IMG/VR virus record: IMGVR_UViG_3300043436_002205 | Length of the DNA stretch: 64,000 nucleotides | Source of the DNA: a virus | Lineage: Duplodnaviria > Heunggongvirae > Uroviricota > Caudoviricetes | Strand: one strand, 5' to 3' | Part shown: positions 24,701 to 34,592 of the stretch, in pieces | How positions within the stretch are numbered: the stretch's first letter is position 1 | Layout of the letters: every line of letters begins with the position of its first letter | Notes under the pieces: generated by a model | Told to the model about the DNA's origin: nothing | Seen by the model: only the letters and a program-made list of their open reading frames with translations | The model's database searches: none | Program-made: the position numbers and the translations under genes

Positions 24701-27003
24701 AGGTAGAACTCGTAGTCTATCTCTCCAAACTGATCGTGAGATGGTGTAAGTATCGTATATGAACCGGAGAAGCTCGGCGCAACGTTAACACCTGTTGATC
24801 CATTGCTTACAGTTGGCGCTGTACCAAGAACAGCCGCATTTATATATGTGGCCGGCGATAGCGGTTGTACGTATGGTCTAAAGTCAAGACAGTCTCTGAG
24901 ATTATAGACCTTTCCTGAAGATGAAACGAACGGCTGTATCTTATTCTTGGCGACAGCACCAGGGTAACTATCTACAGTAAAGAAGTAGCTTCCTGTTGTG
25001 TCGTTTAGTTTAAATGCTTTAAAACGAACTGTCATTAAACCGGCCGCGGGTACTGGTCTTCCAGGAATATATTCTATATAAGAATGATCGTAGAAGTTAT
25101 CTCTTTGGTTGGTTTTAAGCTTAAAGCTAGAAGTAACAGTTTTGCTTTCTGAGTCTGTAATAGAGACGATCTCATACACATCTGGAAAACCTAGATTATA
25201 TCTAGTTGTGGATGATACGATGTCGTTATTTGCGAAGGTGCACTTAACATATAGTTCAGCGCTAACTTTCGTAAACGGGCTTGCACTAGTAATTCTCTTA
25301 TTGTAATAGATCGTAGAAGGAGTCGATGGTGTAGAACCAAGGGTGACTTGGAGGTCAGCACCAGATAGAACAGCACTAGTCACATCTCTTCTAGTACTTG
25401 TGTTATCTACAAAGAGTATATCATCATTCTCTAGATTAAAATCTTCGCCAGCGTCAGGCGTGATGTTAAAAGTAGTAGCAGTTCCAGTAATAGTTTTTCT
25501 TGCTCTTACTGGAATTGACAGGTTGCTAGTAGATTTAAGACTCAGCATTCCCGTGTCAAATACCATTGATGAAGAACTTGTTTCTTTTATAACAGAATTG
25601 TTTGCAACTGGTATGTACCCGGAAGTTCCAACAACTCTTTCCACTTGCGATATCTGATTAGCACCCGACAATCTAACATCAAACAGGAAGATTTTGGTAT
25701 CAGTGATGTTACGAACTCTCGCAGTTCCTAGGACAGAGTTTCCACCGTCTCTGAGAGAAACGGTTGCAAATGTTCCTAATGGGACTACGCCTCCTACGCT
25801 AGTATCGAGTATGTCAAGGTACCCGCCATAGTTAAAAGATACGCCCTGATTTGCTCTATCATCAACCGAAGCTTCCGATATGTCATCTATATCGAGGAAA
25901 ATCTCTCTAAGATTTTCTACTCTATGACCCTTAACATACGCGACTCCACTTCCGATAGAAGCTTTTAGATTACCATCTCTTCTTACGACTGTAGTTTGAA
26001 AGTCATTGACAATGTAGTCACCAGATTCTTCATACGTGCGACGAGCCATCTCTTCGCCTAAAATGTTATACTGTGATACGTCTCTAAGAAGAACTGCATT
26101 ACCGTTTACATAGCGTGTAAGAGTAAAGAATGTAGTGTCAGCATCAGCTTCAGAAGTTGGAAGAGCTGTAAGTATTGGAATAAGTTTTAGTCTATCTGCG
26201 CCAGGAGCATTTTGGTTAAAAGATCCGTTTGCATTGTCATATAGAGACGAGTCTTGGAACGCATTAATTACTCTTTCCTGAACTGTGTAACCTATCGACA
26301 CACTGTTCGGTACATTCGTATACTTTGAAACAATTACAAGCTGCTCTTCAGCGTATAGGAAGTGACCCTTTTGGAATATGATACCTGGCGCAGATTTAAG
26401 TCCGAAAGAGTTGCCAACTGCCCCAGCGAACGTAGTAACGTTGATAGTCTTATCAGTCAGAACTTCTGTTTCGTCTCTATTGATGCTCGTTCCTTGTTCG
26501 TACACACTTACTTTGTATATTCTAAGTCTTTCGCCAGCCTGAAAGACTTTATTTCCAGAAGATGTTGTTTTGTAGTTAATAAAGAACGTGTTAAGATCTG
26601 GGTTTCTTGTTTCAAAACCACGCGTCGCAGCTAAGACGGTCGCTCGGACTCCTGTCACAACTCCTTCGAGTTCGTATGTGTTATCTCTTACGTAATCAAC
26701 ACCGCTTATAGTGACCGTATCTGTAAATCCAACATATTGAGTTGGGTCAAATCCAGTAACATCCGTAAGCTTAACGTAGTTTAAGTCTGATAACTCTGTA
26801 AAGTTGCATCCCTTTATGATAGATCCTTCTTTAAATATATTATCACCAAACTGCTCGATCTGATTCTGAAGAATCGTTTGCATCTGAGTCAATTCTCTAG
26901 CTTGAACCGCGTAAGACGGTTTAAAAAGCACGCGATGGAACTGATTCGTTATATCAAAATCATCAAAGTACGGCGCAACATTCAGGTCTTTATTAATTGG
27001 CAT
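21724..27003 (-). CDS. Large baseplate-associated virion protein (DUF4815/VrlC-like)
   Basis: LNVAPYFDDFD...HRVLFKP.YAVQARELTQMQTILQNQI N-terminus. Confidence 0.85.
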   Translation of the reverse strand: MPINKDLNVAPYFDDFDITNQFHRVLFKPSYAVQARELTQMQTILQNQIEQFGDNIFKEGSIIKGCNFTELSDLNYVKLTDVTGFDPTQYVGFTDTVTISGVDYVRDNTYELEGVVTGVRATVLAATRGFETRNPDLNTFFINYKTTSSGNKVFQAGERLRIYKVSVYEQGTSINRDETEVLTDKTINVTTFAGAVGNSFGLKSAPGIIFQKGHFLYAEEQLVIVSKYTNVPNSVSIGYTVQERVINAFQDSSLYDNANGSFNQNAPGADRLKLIPILTALPTSEADADTTFFTLTRYVNGNAVLLRDVSQYNILGEEMARRTYEESGDYIVNDFQTTVVRRDGNLKASIGSGVAYVKGHRVENLREIFLDIDDISEASVDDRANQGVSFNYGGYLDILDTSVGGVVPLGTFATVSLRDGGNSVLGTARVRNITDTKIFLFDVRLSGANQISQVERVVGTSGYIPVANNSVIKETSSSSMVFDTGMLSLKSTSNLSIPVRARKTITGTATTFNITPDAGEDFNLENDDILFVDNTSTRRDVTSAVLSGADLQVTLGSTPSTPSTIYYNKRITSASPFTKVSAELYVKCTFANNDIVSSTTRYNLGFPDVYEIVSITDSESKTVTSSFKLKTNQRDNFYDHSYIEYIPGRPVPAAGLMTVRFKAFKLNDTTGSYFFTVDSYPGAVAKNKIQPFVSSSGKVYNLRDCLDFRPYVQPLSPATYINAAVLGTAPTVSNGSTGVNVAPSFSGSYTILTPSHDQFGEIDYEFYLNRTDAVILDSYGRISLLRGTEVENSIPPIISGDQVKIAEIFVPGAPALTPEEADEQDRPQYAVQIVPKGTKSYRMKDIENLEKKIDSLEYYVLLNTLEADTKNLNIVDENGLDRFKNGIIVDPFNDLSIANLENVEFNAALDFTEQSLMPSVKTFPLNLKYKSASSATLFPTTSNAKVGTLQRNTDVSIISQPYATEFRNCVSNFYSYRGIGEIEPEYDAVYDTVTNPVNIGLNRRRLTVSTAATQELNPLTSTAIQANTNNTNQRRVGDFVTNFTFNPFMRGRDINIYMSGLRPNTRHYFFFDEEDVNQFVFPGSNVNSPSEIRRRGVANAAVETDANGVLRAVFSLPSSRFYVGDRKLEVVDVDTHAAIDSASTSYGFVTYRAYNFSVEKASLTVSTRRAASTATTTTDRNVTRRPTEGDRGRDPSPDPIAQTFFIKSGMGLGSDTVFVSKIDLFFKRRSNINGVNVELREVINGYPSYDVIPFSKVHLTPSEVLTSDDASVETTVTFNAPVRLDVEKEYAVVVIPDAADPDYLIFTSKVGGVDLTPGANQGLPIVQDWGDGVLFTSTNNRAWKSYQDEDIKFVLYRHNFNASAGTITLTNDDHEFISTENNIGTFKVGETVYKLESKDGTTGANLSTVSGNNQISGTNLSATYSAGDFVLISNGTTNRQIFKVVSANSTVIVADRPSYFTDSTSGLPITMGILRHYDFRYPDFIILEESSATSTRKFAAGNTVYGFDSAAAATITTVDNVEFSYIQPMIHRTNDSVTATTLSGTLVDPANPSNTYSLPMQFNDKALFSKTGMVVYSKSNDIAREKTLDLTVSMSNNSNVTSSPFIDIETASILAYQWKITNDSTTTSKYISKTVELAENLDAEDFRIYVTGYRPRGTDIAVYIKVQSADDPTVFETNDWIELELTGGVNLYSSVSNVNDFKEYVYQVSNTNKNLGVITYTNGIGTFEGYRRFAIKIELLSEDIFKAPRLLDYRGISLT

Positions 27004-27013
27004 TTATTTTTCC

Positions 27014-28666
27014 TTAAAATTCAAGAAGTATCTTAAATCGTTCCCTTGACTCTTCAGTTCTCGTAATTGGAAAGAAGCTATTCATATAGTAAACTTCTCC
27101 AGTTCTCTGAACATATGGTGATATTGAAAACCCTGGGTAATCTATGTCATATTCTAGTGGATACTCTGGATCGTTATCTGTATTTATATTAAGTATTTGA
27201 TTGTCTGCAGATCTTATCGGCAGATTTATGTTAAGCGAGATGTCGCTAAAATCAGTGTTTGCAAATGAAGAGGAATTTGGATACGGCCCCATGTACTCAC
27301 ATATATACACAAAGTTATTTGAAACTTGATGAACTTTACCGCTAAATATTACCTCGTTATAGAATGAACTATTAACATCCGTTTCTATCTGTGTAACTAT
27401 TTCATTTACAGAAAGAGAGTGACTGTCAAGAGCTAGTTCTATACGGTTATCAAATATGTCATTGTTTCCTGCATTTTTAAACTCAGGGTTCTTAACAATA
27501 CCAATGCTCGTGAAGTCGTTTGTAGCTGGAACTGTAAAGTTGTCTGTCTCCGTAAGAGTCGTGTACGCAAGAATGTGCCTGCACATAAGTTCATCGATTA
27601 AGTTCGAAGCATGATCACCAGCCGAAGAAAGAATTGGTCTTAGTATAGCTCTTTCATTAAGAGAGTTTAGCGAATTTGGGTCGAAAGAAAACGGGTCTGG
27701 AACAAACGCGGTTGCATTCTTATAACCAGAACCTTTGGACAGCATTGTGACACCTATTATAGAACCATTTGCCGACACATCGGCTAGCCCAACTGCTCCA
27801 GTTCCATCGCCCTTTATTTCAATGCGAGGTAATAGTTTGTAAGAAGCGGAGTCAGTAAGAACGGTATAATCCGGTGCTTCGGTTAACGTAATGACTGCTC
27901 TTTTTGAAGCAGGATCGTAAGTATAAGTATCTACTACGTAAGACCTCGAGTCATTACCAAATACGCTTGTTACGTAGAATGTATATCCTGAGTAATAGTT
28001 TTCAATCGCATTAAGAGTTCCACTACTTGCCGTTATAACTATCTCGCCAGTTCCAGTTGCTGTTTGAAAAACAAATCCTTCAGACTTTTCATATCCTCTA
28101 TTTGTTGAATTTGTTATGACAATCTGACTTATAGAACTTGTTTGAACTGCCGTGTTACCACTCTCAGTCGACATAATAGGTATGTATCCGCGAGTATTGT
28201 AATCATCAAATTCTAACTCACTAATATTAAACAGATACTTCCAAACATACCCATCTGCCAAAGCATAAATCTGATCCTGTTGAGATACACTGTAATTAGG
28301 CGGTGTTAAAGATTTTGCTCCGCCGTTATTGAATAGACACTTATAGACTCTATAGTCACCAACCTCGTTATTCACTGGATAGACAACTGTGTAGAACTTC
28401 TTGTTTGACATATCTAAATTATCGTCGTACTGGTCGTATACTGCATCTATTTCCCAAGGATAATTCTTAATCATATAGAAAACTTCTTGTGCACCTATCT
28501 TCTTTCCAAAGATAGTTTTTTCAAGAAATTCCGTTTTTGATTTTTCTGAATTAATCACGGTTGTGTTTGCTGTGCTTGACACAAACATATAGTAATCGTT
28601 GAATGTTACATCATCAACGAAGCGTCGTGCAGTATCAGATCTATATTTACTTGTGATGACAGACAT
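27014..28666 (-). CDS. gp8: Baseplate wedge subunit gp8-like
   Basis: YDQYDD, YRVYKCLFNN, DGYVWKYLF motifs; synteny. Confidence 0.85.
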   Translation of the reverse strand: MSVITSKYRSDTARRFVDDVTFNDYYMFVSSTANTTVINSEKSKTEFLEKTIFGKKIGAQEVFYMIKNYPWEIDAVYDQYDDNLDMSNKKFYTVVYPVNNEVGDYRVYKCLFNNGGAKSLTPPNYSVSQQDQIYALADGYVWKYLFNISELEFDDYNTRGYIPIMSTESGNTAVQTSSISQIVITNSTNRGYEKSEGFVFQTATGTGEIVITASSGTLNAIENYYSGYTFYVTSVFGNDSRSYVVDTYTYDPASKRAVITLTEAPDYTVLTDSASYKLLPRIEIKGDGTGAVGLADVSANGSIIGVTMLSKGSGYKNATAFVPDPFSFDPNSLNSLNERAILRPILSSAGDHASNLIDELMCRHILAYTTLTETDNFTVPATNDFTSIGIVKNPEFKNAGNNDIFDNRIELALDSHSLSVNEIVTQIETDVNSSFYNEVIFSGKVHQVSNNFVYICEYMGPYPNSSSFANTDFSDISLNINLPIRSADNQILNINTDNDPEYPLEYDIDYPGFSISPYVQRTGEVYYMNSFFPITRTEESRERFKILLEF

Positions 28667-28690
28667 TTTCCTAAACCTATTTTGCTCTAT

Positions 28691-30823
28691 TTATTCCGCG
28701 TCAATAATAATTCTAGAAGATATCGGTGTTGACATAACGTCTTCTAGGTTAAATCTACCAAAGACTTTTGTTCCAGCAACGTGCACGATTTCTCTTAAAG
28801 ACTCTTCGTATTCCGGAAGATTTACTGTAGAAAGAATCTCATATGAAAATTCTTGATAGTAATTACTATCCTGAACTCTCTTACCGGAGTCATAGTATGT
28901 TAGACTCGCACCGTCTAAAACATATCCGTTTATATGCGAGTCCAATGAAGCCCAATATCCTTCTGTAGATCCTGGGCCTAAAGCTGAGATCGTTCCTTTT
29001 GATGCCAATTCTCCATCCGCGTCTATGATATCGGCAATCGTATTATGAGTATAACCGTAACCAGAATCGATTACAGATACGTTGGTTATCTTTCCTACTC
29101 CGAAAGATGTTACTGCATTTATAGTAGCATTAAATCCGGCAATTGGCGAATTAAAGTCTGTCGACACACCAACAATGCCATAGTTAACACCTTTGAATAT
29201 AAGACCTGATGTATTATTAAATCCGGCGTAAGTGTATGGCGTAATCGTAAGAGTATTATTATTTATAGAGACTACTTTTCCATTCGTACTTTCCTGTGTT
29301 ACCAAACTTCCAACACTTATCGTTGCTGGCATATTAGAAAGAGTAACTAGCTGATTTCTCTTTTTGAAAAGTGATATTCGTGTATCATATGCTATAGCAA
29401 ATACATCGTTTTCATAATCAGTACCTGGGTTTATATTATCAAACCTAACAATTCTTCCTATATCGATAGGCGTTAAATCGAACGCCTCGTTAAGAGGTGT
29501 ACTGATTGTAATTGGATCGGTGTCAGGAAAACCACTCATAGGCTGTTCTGCCGGCGGGTCGTTGTAGTTTGCAGCATTAAGAGCAACGTTTGCGTAATCA
29601 CCAATTAGATCAAAGATAAGAGACACGCTCTCCTCGTTATCAATCTCTGCGAGAATAACGTCGTCAGTATCTAACGTTTCTGGATAGAGAGGACCTGGTG
29701 AGCTATCATTCTTCTCCAAAATTCGTATTGGAGTCAATGGCGATAGTGTTGTAATATTAACATTTATGTCTCTATCCATTGTCGTAATGATAGACGTGTT
29801 CGTAAATTCATCTCCAACATCCATCTTTAAACCAATTGCAGTATTACTCTGCCCGATCACGATGCCTCTATTTCCAGAATCATCTTCTAAAGCTTCTAGC
29901 AGTTGAAACTTTCCGCCCTCGTTATCAAGGAATATCGTTTGGTTAGAAACAAGAAGCTTTGTTGTATCTACAGAGTAACCCCAGCCCCCGTCCTCAATAT
30001 CGTATCTAACGAAACCCGAAAAATTCTCAGTAACTGCGGTGACGAGCCCTTTTGCGCCAAACCCATTGTCGGTTCTAAATGTTACTATGTCACCTATTTC
30101 GTTTCCTATCGATCCACCAAAATTATCATCCACTGCTATTGATGTTAGAGATCCATTGATAACACCAAAGCTTATAGGTATACCACTGAATTCACTTATT
30201 ATGTTTTCTTTACCAATAAAACTTCCAGTCTCATCATTAATGAAAAGTATTGGAGTAATAGTATTACCGACGATGACGAAGTTTATCTTATCAACTGTAG
30301 CCTTTACTCTTGAAGATGCACCAATGATTTGTTTACCGATTAGGTCTTTATATGTATATGTCTGAGTTGTTTTTGTTGAAGTGAATAGCCCATTGTTAGG
30401 CATCATCTGAAGATAGGTGCCTTTCTTCCACTCAGAATCGGAAGGTCTAAACATATCTTTGGCTGGGTAGTATACTTTGATGCTTTCGTTATAAAAAATA
30501 TTGAAGAAGAGCTCGAGCCCGCCTTGAGTTCCTTTTCTACGATACAGACCTAATATGTTCTTTACAACAATTCTTACGGTGTCACCATCGAACGGAAGAT
30601 CTGCGAGATACTTTTTCTTAAAGAATATCAGCATACTTTCAAGAGTAGTATCTATATCTTTATACTCAAAGAGTCTTCTTCCGTTATATAAACTCTGTTC
30701 GGTGTTTGTTTCTAAAAACTTATAGTATTCTTTTACCAATTGAATAAGTTCTTGACCATCTTCACGATAGATGGCCGGGAACTGTCGTTCTATATGAAAC
30801 GATATTAGCTTTTCTACTGGCAT
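28691..30823 (-). CDS. gp7: Baseplate wedge initiator gp7-like
   Basis: QFPAIYRE..FYKFLE, YRRKGT, QDSNYYQEFSYEI...HVAGTKVFG. Confidence 0.8.
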   Translation of the reverse strand: MPVEKLISFHIERQFPAIYREDGQELIQLVKEYYKFLETNTEQSLYNGRRLFEYKDIDTTLESMLIFFKKKYLADLPFDGDTVRIVVKNILGLYRRKGTQGGLELFFNIFYNESIKVYYPAKDMFRPSDSEWKKGTYLQMMPNNGLFTSTKTTQTYTYKDLIGKQIIGASSRVKATVDKINFVIVGNTITPILFINDETGSFIGKENIISEFSGIPISFGVINGSLTSIAVDDNFGGSIGNEIGDIVTFRTDNGFGAKGLVTAVTENFSGFVRYDIEDGGWGYSVDTTKLLVSNQTIFLDNEGGKFQLLEALEDDSGNRGIVIGQSNTAIGLKMDVGDEFTNTSIITTMDRDINVNITTLSPLTPIRILEKNDSSPGPLYPETLDTDDVILAEIDNEESVSLIFDLIGDYANVALNAANYNDPPAEQPMSGFPDTDPITISTPLNEAFDLTPIDIGRIVRFDNINPGTDYENDVFAIAYDTRISLFKKRNQLVTLSNMPATISVGSLVTQESTNGKVVSINNNTLTITPYTYAGFNNTSGLIFKGVNYGIVGVSTDFNSPIAGFNATINAVTSFGVGKITNVSVIDSGYGYTHNTIADIIDADGELASKGTISALGPGSTEGYWASLDSHINGYVLDGASLTYYDSGKRVQDSNYYQEFSYEILSTVNLPEYEESLREIVHVAGTKVFGRFNLEDVMSTPISSRIIIDAE

Positions 30824-32607
30824 CAGTTTGTCTCTATGAAGTTGACTAATACATCTTCGTCGCGAACTGTAAGAATTCTGCTTTTTGGCGCTGTTATATC
30901 AACAGATGTTGTTGCCGCATAGATCTTAATACCATTTCCTGTGAAAGACTCTACTATAAAGTTTATGAGCCTTACTTCGCCTGTTGTGTAATCCACGGTG
31001 CCAGCATTTGGTTTAAGTATTTCAGTATTAACTGCGCCAGCACTGATAATTTGCATATTTCCAGCGCCATCATCCTGTATCTTTGATAGAATTCCGCGAT
31101 AAGTAAATGGTGTACTTACGATGGCTGGTTTAAAGTCAGCGAAACCATTTACTGATTTGTAAGGATAAGGTTTTACGAGTTGACTTTCAAACTTAAACTT
31201 AGGATTGAGCGCAAGGTTTAGAACCGGCTTATATTCAATAATAGGGTTCACGCAGAGCGAGTTACTCAGAATTCCATCGTCCAAGTCATCTATGATTGAA
31301 GATAGTCTCGATGATCTAAGAATTTCACCGAAATCATCTAGGTTCGTTTGATTAAAGTTAAGTATGGCCGATCTTATAAGAGTTTCGAGCTGAGCTGTTG
31401 ACTTGGTCGTAAGCTTACGAGAAAATGATATGTCCACGATAGCTTCTATGTATAGGAATTCTGGATCAACGAATATCGGTTCTATAGAAAGAGGACTCTT
31501 GTCTGAAAGAAAAGCAACATAGGAATTCTTATTCGTGTTTGAAAGAATTCTTTCTCCCTGTAGATTTACCGATATCGCGACTCTTCCATACTGCGGAGGA
31601 TCCAACTCGTCTCCACCATAGACTGACACTGACTGAATGTCTGGAAATCTTTGACGAAGAAGAACTTCGTAGTCTCTTGCGGTTATAGCTCTTTCTTGGA
31701 TCTGCAGTGACTTTGGAGCAAAGTACTTTATGCTATCAATCGTCTCACGCTCAGCTCCACCACTCGCAGCTTCTACTGTCGTGACCGTTGCGTTTGGAAT
31801 AAAACTAGTACCAAAGCGAGCTGCGCCGTTTGGTTCTGAACCGCTACAAATTCTATACTGTACCTTAACATCAATGTCTACGCCTGGTTGCTCACCGTAG
31901 ATGTTTCTTCCGAAGTAGATCGAGTATCTATCATCAAAGTATGGATCTAAATAAAACACCTTACTCGTTGGTGTGACACCGAAGATATCTGGCGTGTATA
32001 GGAATTGATTTTGATTTTCAGTAGCGACTTCATCTACATACACTTCGATTGTACTAGTGTCTATGTTATCGTTCGTAAGATTACATCTCAAGAAATTCTG
32101 GTCATCCAGGAAGAAGCCGTCTTTCTCAAAGTTCGTAAGTATCTCTCCTTCAAATATTTCTACGTTGGCCGCAACGAACGTGCTTCCTGATGTTCTACGC
32201 GCAGCATACACTTCATTCGTTATGAATGTAAAAGTAGATCCTTGGTAAGTAGATGTGAATTCGGTGAAACGAGGTATAGTAATCGTCTGTGAAGTCTCTG
32301 TCGGTGCAGAGATGGACAGGTTAACTATAGCCTTCGCAGAAGTTCTAGATCTTGGAAGATAGTTTAATTCCTTTGCGTGCGATACGACCGAGTTCTTAAG
32401 AACCGCAGAGTCAAGAAACATCTCGCCAATTGCCATGTTCGTATAAAAGTTATTCATATACGTGTTGTATGATAGAACATCCAAAAGAACGTTCATATTT
32501 GAACCAGCAAAATTGTAATCCTTAAACTGAGTCTGGCCCTTAAGGAATGTAATGAACTGATCTTTTAATGCTGCGAAATCTAGTTCGTTAATTGGTTTCG
32601 TAGCCAT
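30823..32607 (-). CDS. gp6: Baseplate wedge subunit gp6
   Basis: ELDFAALK...DYNFAGSNMNVLLDVLSYNT; QERAITARDY; PPQYGRV. Confidence 0.95.
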   Translation of the reverse strand: MATKPINELDFAALKDQFITFLKGQTQFKDYNFAGSNMNVLLDVLSYNTYMNNFYTNMAIGEMFLDSAVLKNSVVSHAKELNYLPRSRTSAKAIVNLSISAPTETSQTITIPRFTEFTSTYQGSTFTFITNEVYAARRTSGSTFVAANVEIFEGEILTNFEKDGFFLDDQNFLRCNLTNDNIDTSTIEVYVDEVATENQNQFLYTPDIFGVTPTSKVFYLDPYFDDRYSIYFGRNIYGEQPGVDIDVKVQYRICSGSEPNGAARFGTSFIPNATVTTVEAASGGAERETIDSIKYFAPKSLQIQERAITARDYEVLLRQRFPDIQSVSVYGGDELDPPQYGRVAISVNLQGERILSNTNKNSYVAFLSDKSPLSIEPIFVDPEFLYIEAIVDISFSRKLTTKSTAQLETLIRSAILNFNQTNLDDFGEILRSSRLSSIIDDLDDGILSNSLCVNPIIEYKPVLNLALNPKFKFESQLVKPYPYKSVNGFADFKPAIVSTPFTYRGILSKIQDDGAGNMQIISAGAVNTEILKPNAGTVDYTTGEVRLINFIVESFTGNGIKIYAATTSVDITAPKSRILTVRDEDVLVNFIETN

Positions 32608-33024
32608 TTATCTTGTCCTCTCTAGGAACACCGTTAAGGTGATCGGCTGTTCAATGTTATTTATGTAGAAATAGATCGCGACTTCTACAGTAGATTCATC
32701 TAATGAAGATTGAACTATAACATCCAAGAGTGTTGCTCTCGGTTCGTAAAAGTTAATCGTTTCTTTGATTGATTCTTGAATGATCTTTATGGTCGATGGC
32801 GTGTTATTCTCGAAAAGCATGGCGCGAATGTTTCCGCCGACGAGTGGTTGCATTAGTCTCTCGCCACGATCCGTAAGAATGAGGTTCTTAATGGCTTCCT
32901 TTACAGCTTCTTCGTCTCTCTTCACTGCCAAGTCTTCGGTAATAGGATTCTGCGTGAGATCCTTGTGAAAGTCTGAGAACAGACTAACTCTCTTACGAAC
33001 TGGTGTTACGATCTGTACTACCAC
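32608..33024 (-). CDS. gp25: Baseplate wedge subunit gp25
   Basis: IKNLILTDRGERLMQP..G; INFYEPR. Confidence 0.95.
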   Translation of the reverse strand: MVVQIVTPVRKRVSLFSDFHKDLTQNPITEDLAVKRDEEAVKEAIKNLILTDRGERLMQPLVGGNIRAMLFENNTPSTIKIIQESIKETINFYEPRATLLDVIVQSSLDESTVEVAIYFYINNIEQPITLTVFLERTR

Positions 33025-33059
33025 TTATTATGCCTCCCTAGGCAAGGATTGTGTTCTTA

Positions 33060-34574
33060 CTAGCCGGACCACGATCTTTCTGGTCCTACGTCTATATGAA
33101 TGAAGCTGTTGTATCTTCCTATTCCTCTGAATCCACGCGTTCTCGCCAATCTTATAAACTCTTCTTTAGTTTCATTGTTTAGACCAGACCAAGATATATC
33201 TAAAGCCTTTCCTTGCATATGATACGAGTTCTTAGCGGCCCCGTCTAATTTTGCATTATATTCAGGCGATCTGTATCCACTATTTACAAACAGAGGTCGG
33301 CCAAAGTCTTTCTGAACCTTCATTAACATTGCTCTTACTCCAATGTCAACTTTCTCCCAACCATCTCTGCCTAAAGCAGCAACCCACCTACCGTTAAACG
33401 TTACTCTAGAGTCACCCTTGCCTTCGTTCCAAGGAGTTACTGCTTGAAAATCTTCCGGGCCCATTGGCGGAATATCTCCAGCTGCTGTATAAATTTCTCT
33501 ACTTGTATTTATTCCAGTACCACGAGCAGGAAGATCGTAACGAATTCCACCAGCAGTGACGGATCGCGCGCTATTTGCGGCTGAGTTTGATGTTAGAATG
33601 CTTATCGTATCTTTATATGAATTCACAAAGGTGTCGAGGGGGTTTTTAATTGCATTGATGCCGTTCTCTACTTGTGAAACGAATTGGCAGAATCTATATA
33701 GAAGAAACTGGATATCTTCAAGAGTCGGGTTTTTAAACACGCCGACCGCATAGTCTATGATTGCTTGTATCTTATTCTTAAAGTTCTTTAAGTTTTCAGG
33801 ATCAAAGAACTTCATCGCAGCTTCTTTTATCTTTTGAAACTGACCACCTATCTTTTCTACTATAAATGTCTTTACTTCAGAAATAACATCTGCGATTGAA
33901 AAGTTTTCGATAATGTTCTTCACTTTATCAATTACTTTATCCAATACTTTTGTTATATTATCTTTAAGCTGATTCAACAGACCTGCTAGAGAAAAGTTAA
34001 GTGCGAAGTTCTTTAGCTTATTGACTAAATCTGCAATTCCGTCAAGGGCCGTAAAGAATGCTCCTATAGCACCAAATATGCTAGGAACGAGAGCGCAGAA
34101 ACTGCCGATAGTACTCTGAGTAAAGTTCTTTGTGTAGAACGCTTCGAATTCATTAATTAACTTGATAGATACGATGGAGCTAGATACAGATAGAGTAATC
34201 GGGGTATAGCCATACTCACGTATAAAATCTGCTATCTCTACAGGAGTGAAGACAACACCGGTGTTTACTCTCTCATCTAACAGGGGGTGTCTATCCGGAT
34301 TAATGAGGTTTCTAACGTCGGGTCTCGTAAAGTATTGGTTAACCGCCGCAACGGAAGAATAGAAAGGATCCGTTCCATACTGTCTTGTAATCACGGTGAT
34401 AGGATCGTTATCTCCAGGAGAAGAGACAACACCGCTCTGGTATAAGTCGTTGAGTGATGCGGCACTAAACTCTCCGATATCAAGAGCCTGAGGAATCTCA
34501 AGCTCTATGATCTCGCCAGAATCACCAACTCTAGTTACGCAATTTCTTCTACTGCACAGACCACTCGTGGTCAT
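33060..34574 (-). CDS. Baseplate-region protein with C-terminal peptidase M15 (D-Ala-D-Ala/endopeptidase) domain
   Basis: VNSGYRSPEYN...SYHMQGKALDI...IHID. Confidence 0.8.
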   Translation of the reverse strand: MTTSGLCSRRNCVTRVGDSGEIIELEIPQALDIGEFSAASLNDLYQSGVVSSPGDNDPITVITRQYGTDPFYSSVAAVNQYFTRPDVRNLINPDRHPLLDERVNTGVVFTPVEIADFIREYGYTPITLSVSSSIVSIKLINEFEAFYTKNFTQSTIGSFCALVPSIFGAIGAFFTALDGIADLVNKLKNFALNFSLAGLLNQLKDNITKVLDKVIDKVKNIIENFSIADVISEVKTFIVEKIGGQFQKIKEAAMKFFDPENLKNFKNKIQAIIDYAVGVFKNPTLEDIQFLLYRFCQFVSQVENGINAIKNPLDTFVNSYKDTISILTSNSAANSARSVTAGGIRYDLPARGTGINTSREIYTAAGDIPPMGPEDFQAVTPWNEGKGDSRVTFNGRWVAALGRDGWEKVDIGVRAMLMKVQKDFGRPLFVNSGYRSPEYNAKLDGAAKNSYHMQGKALDISWSGLNNETKEEFIRLARTRGFRGIGRYNSFIHIDVGPERSWSG

Positions 34575-34592
34575 AGGTTATCCTCCGAATAC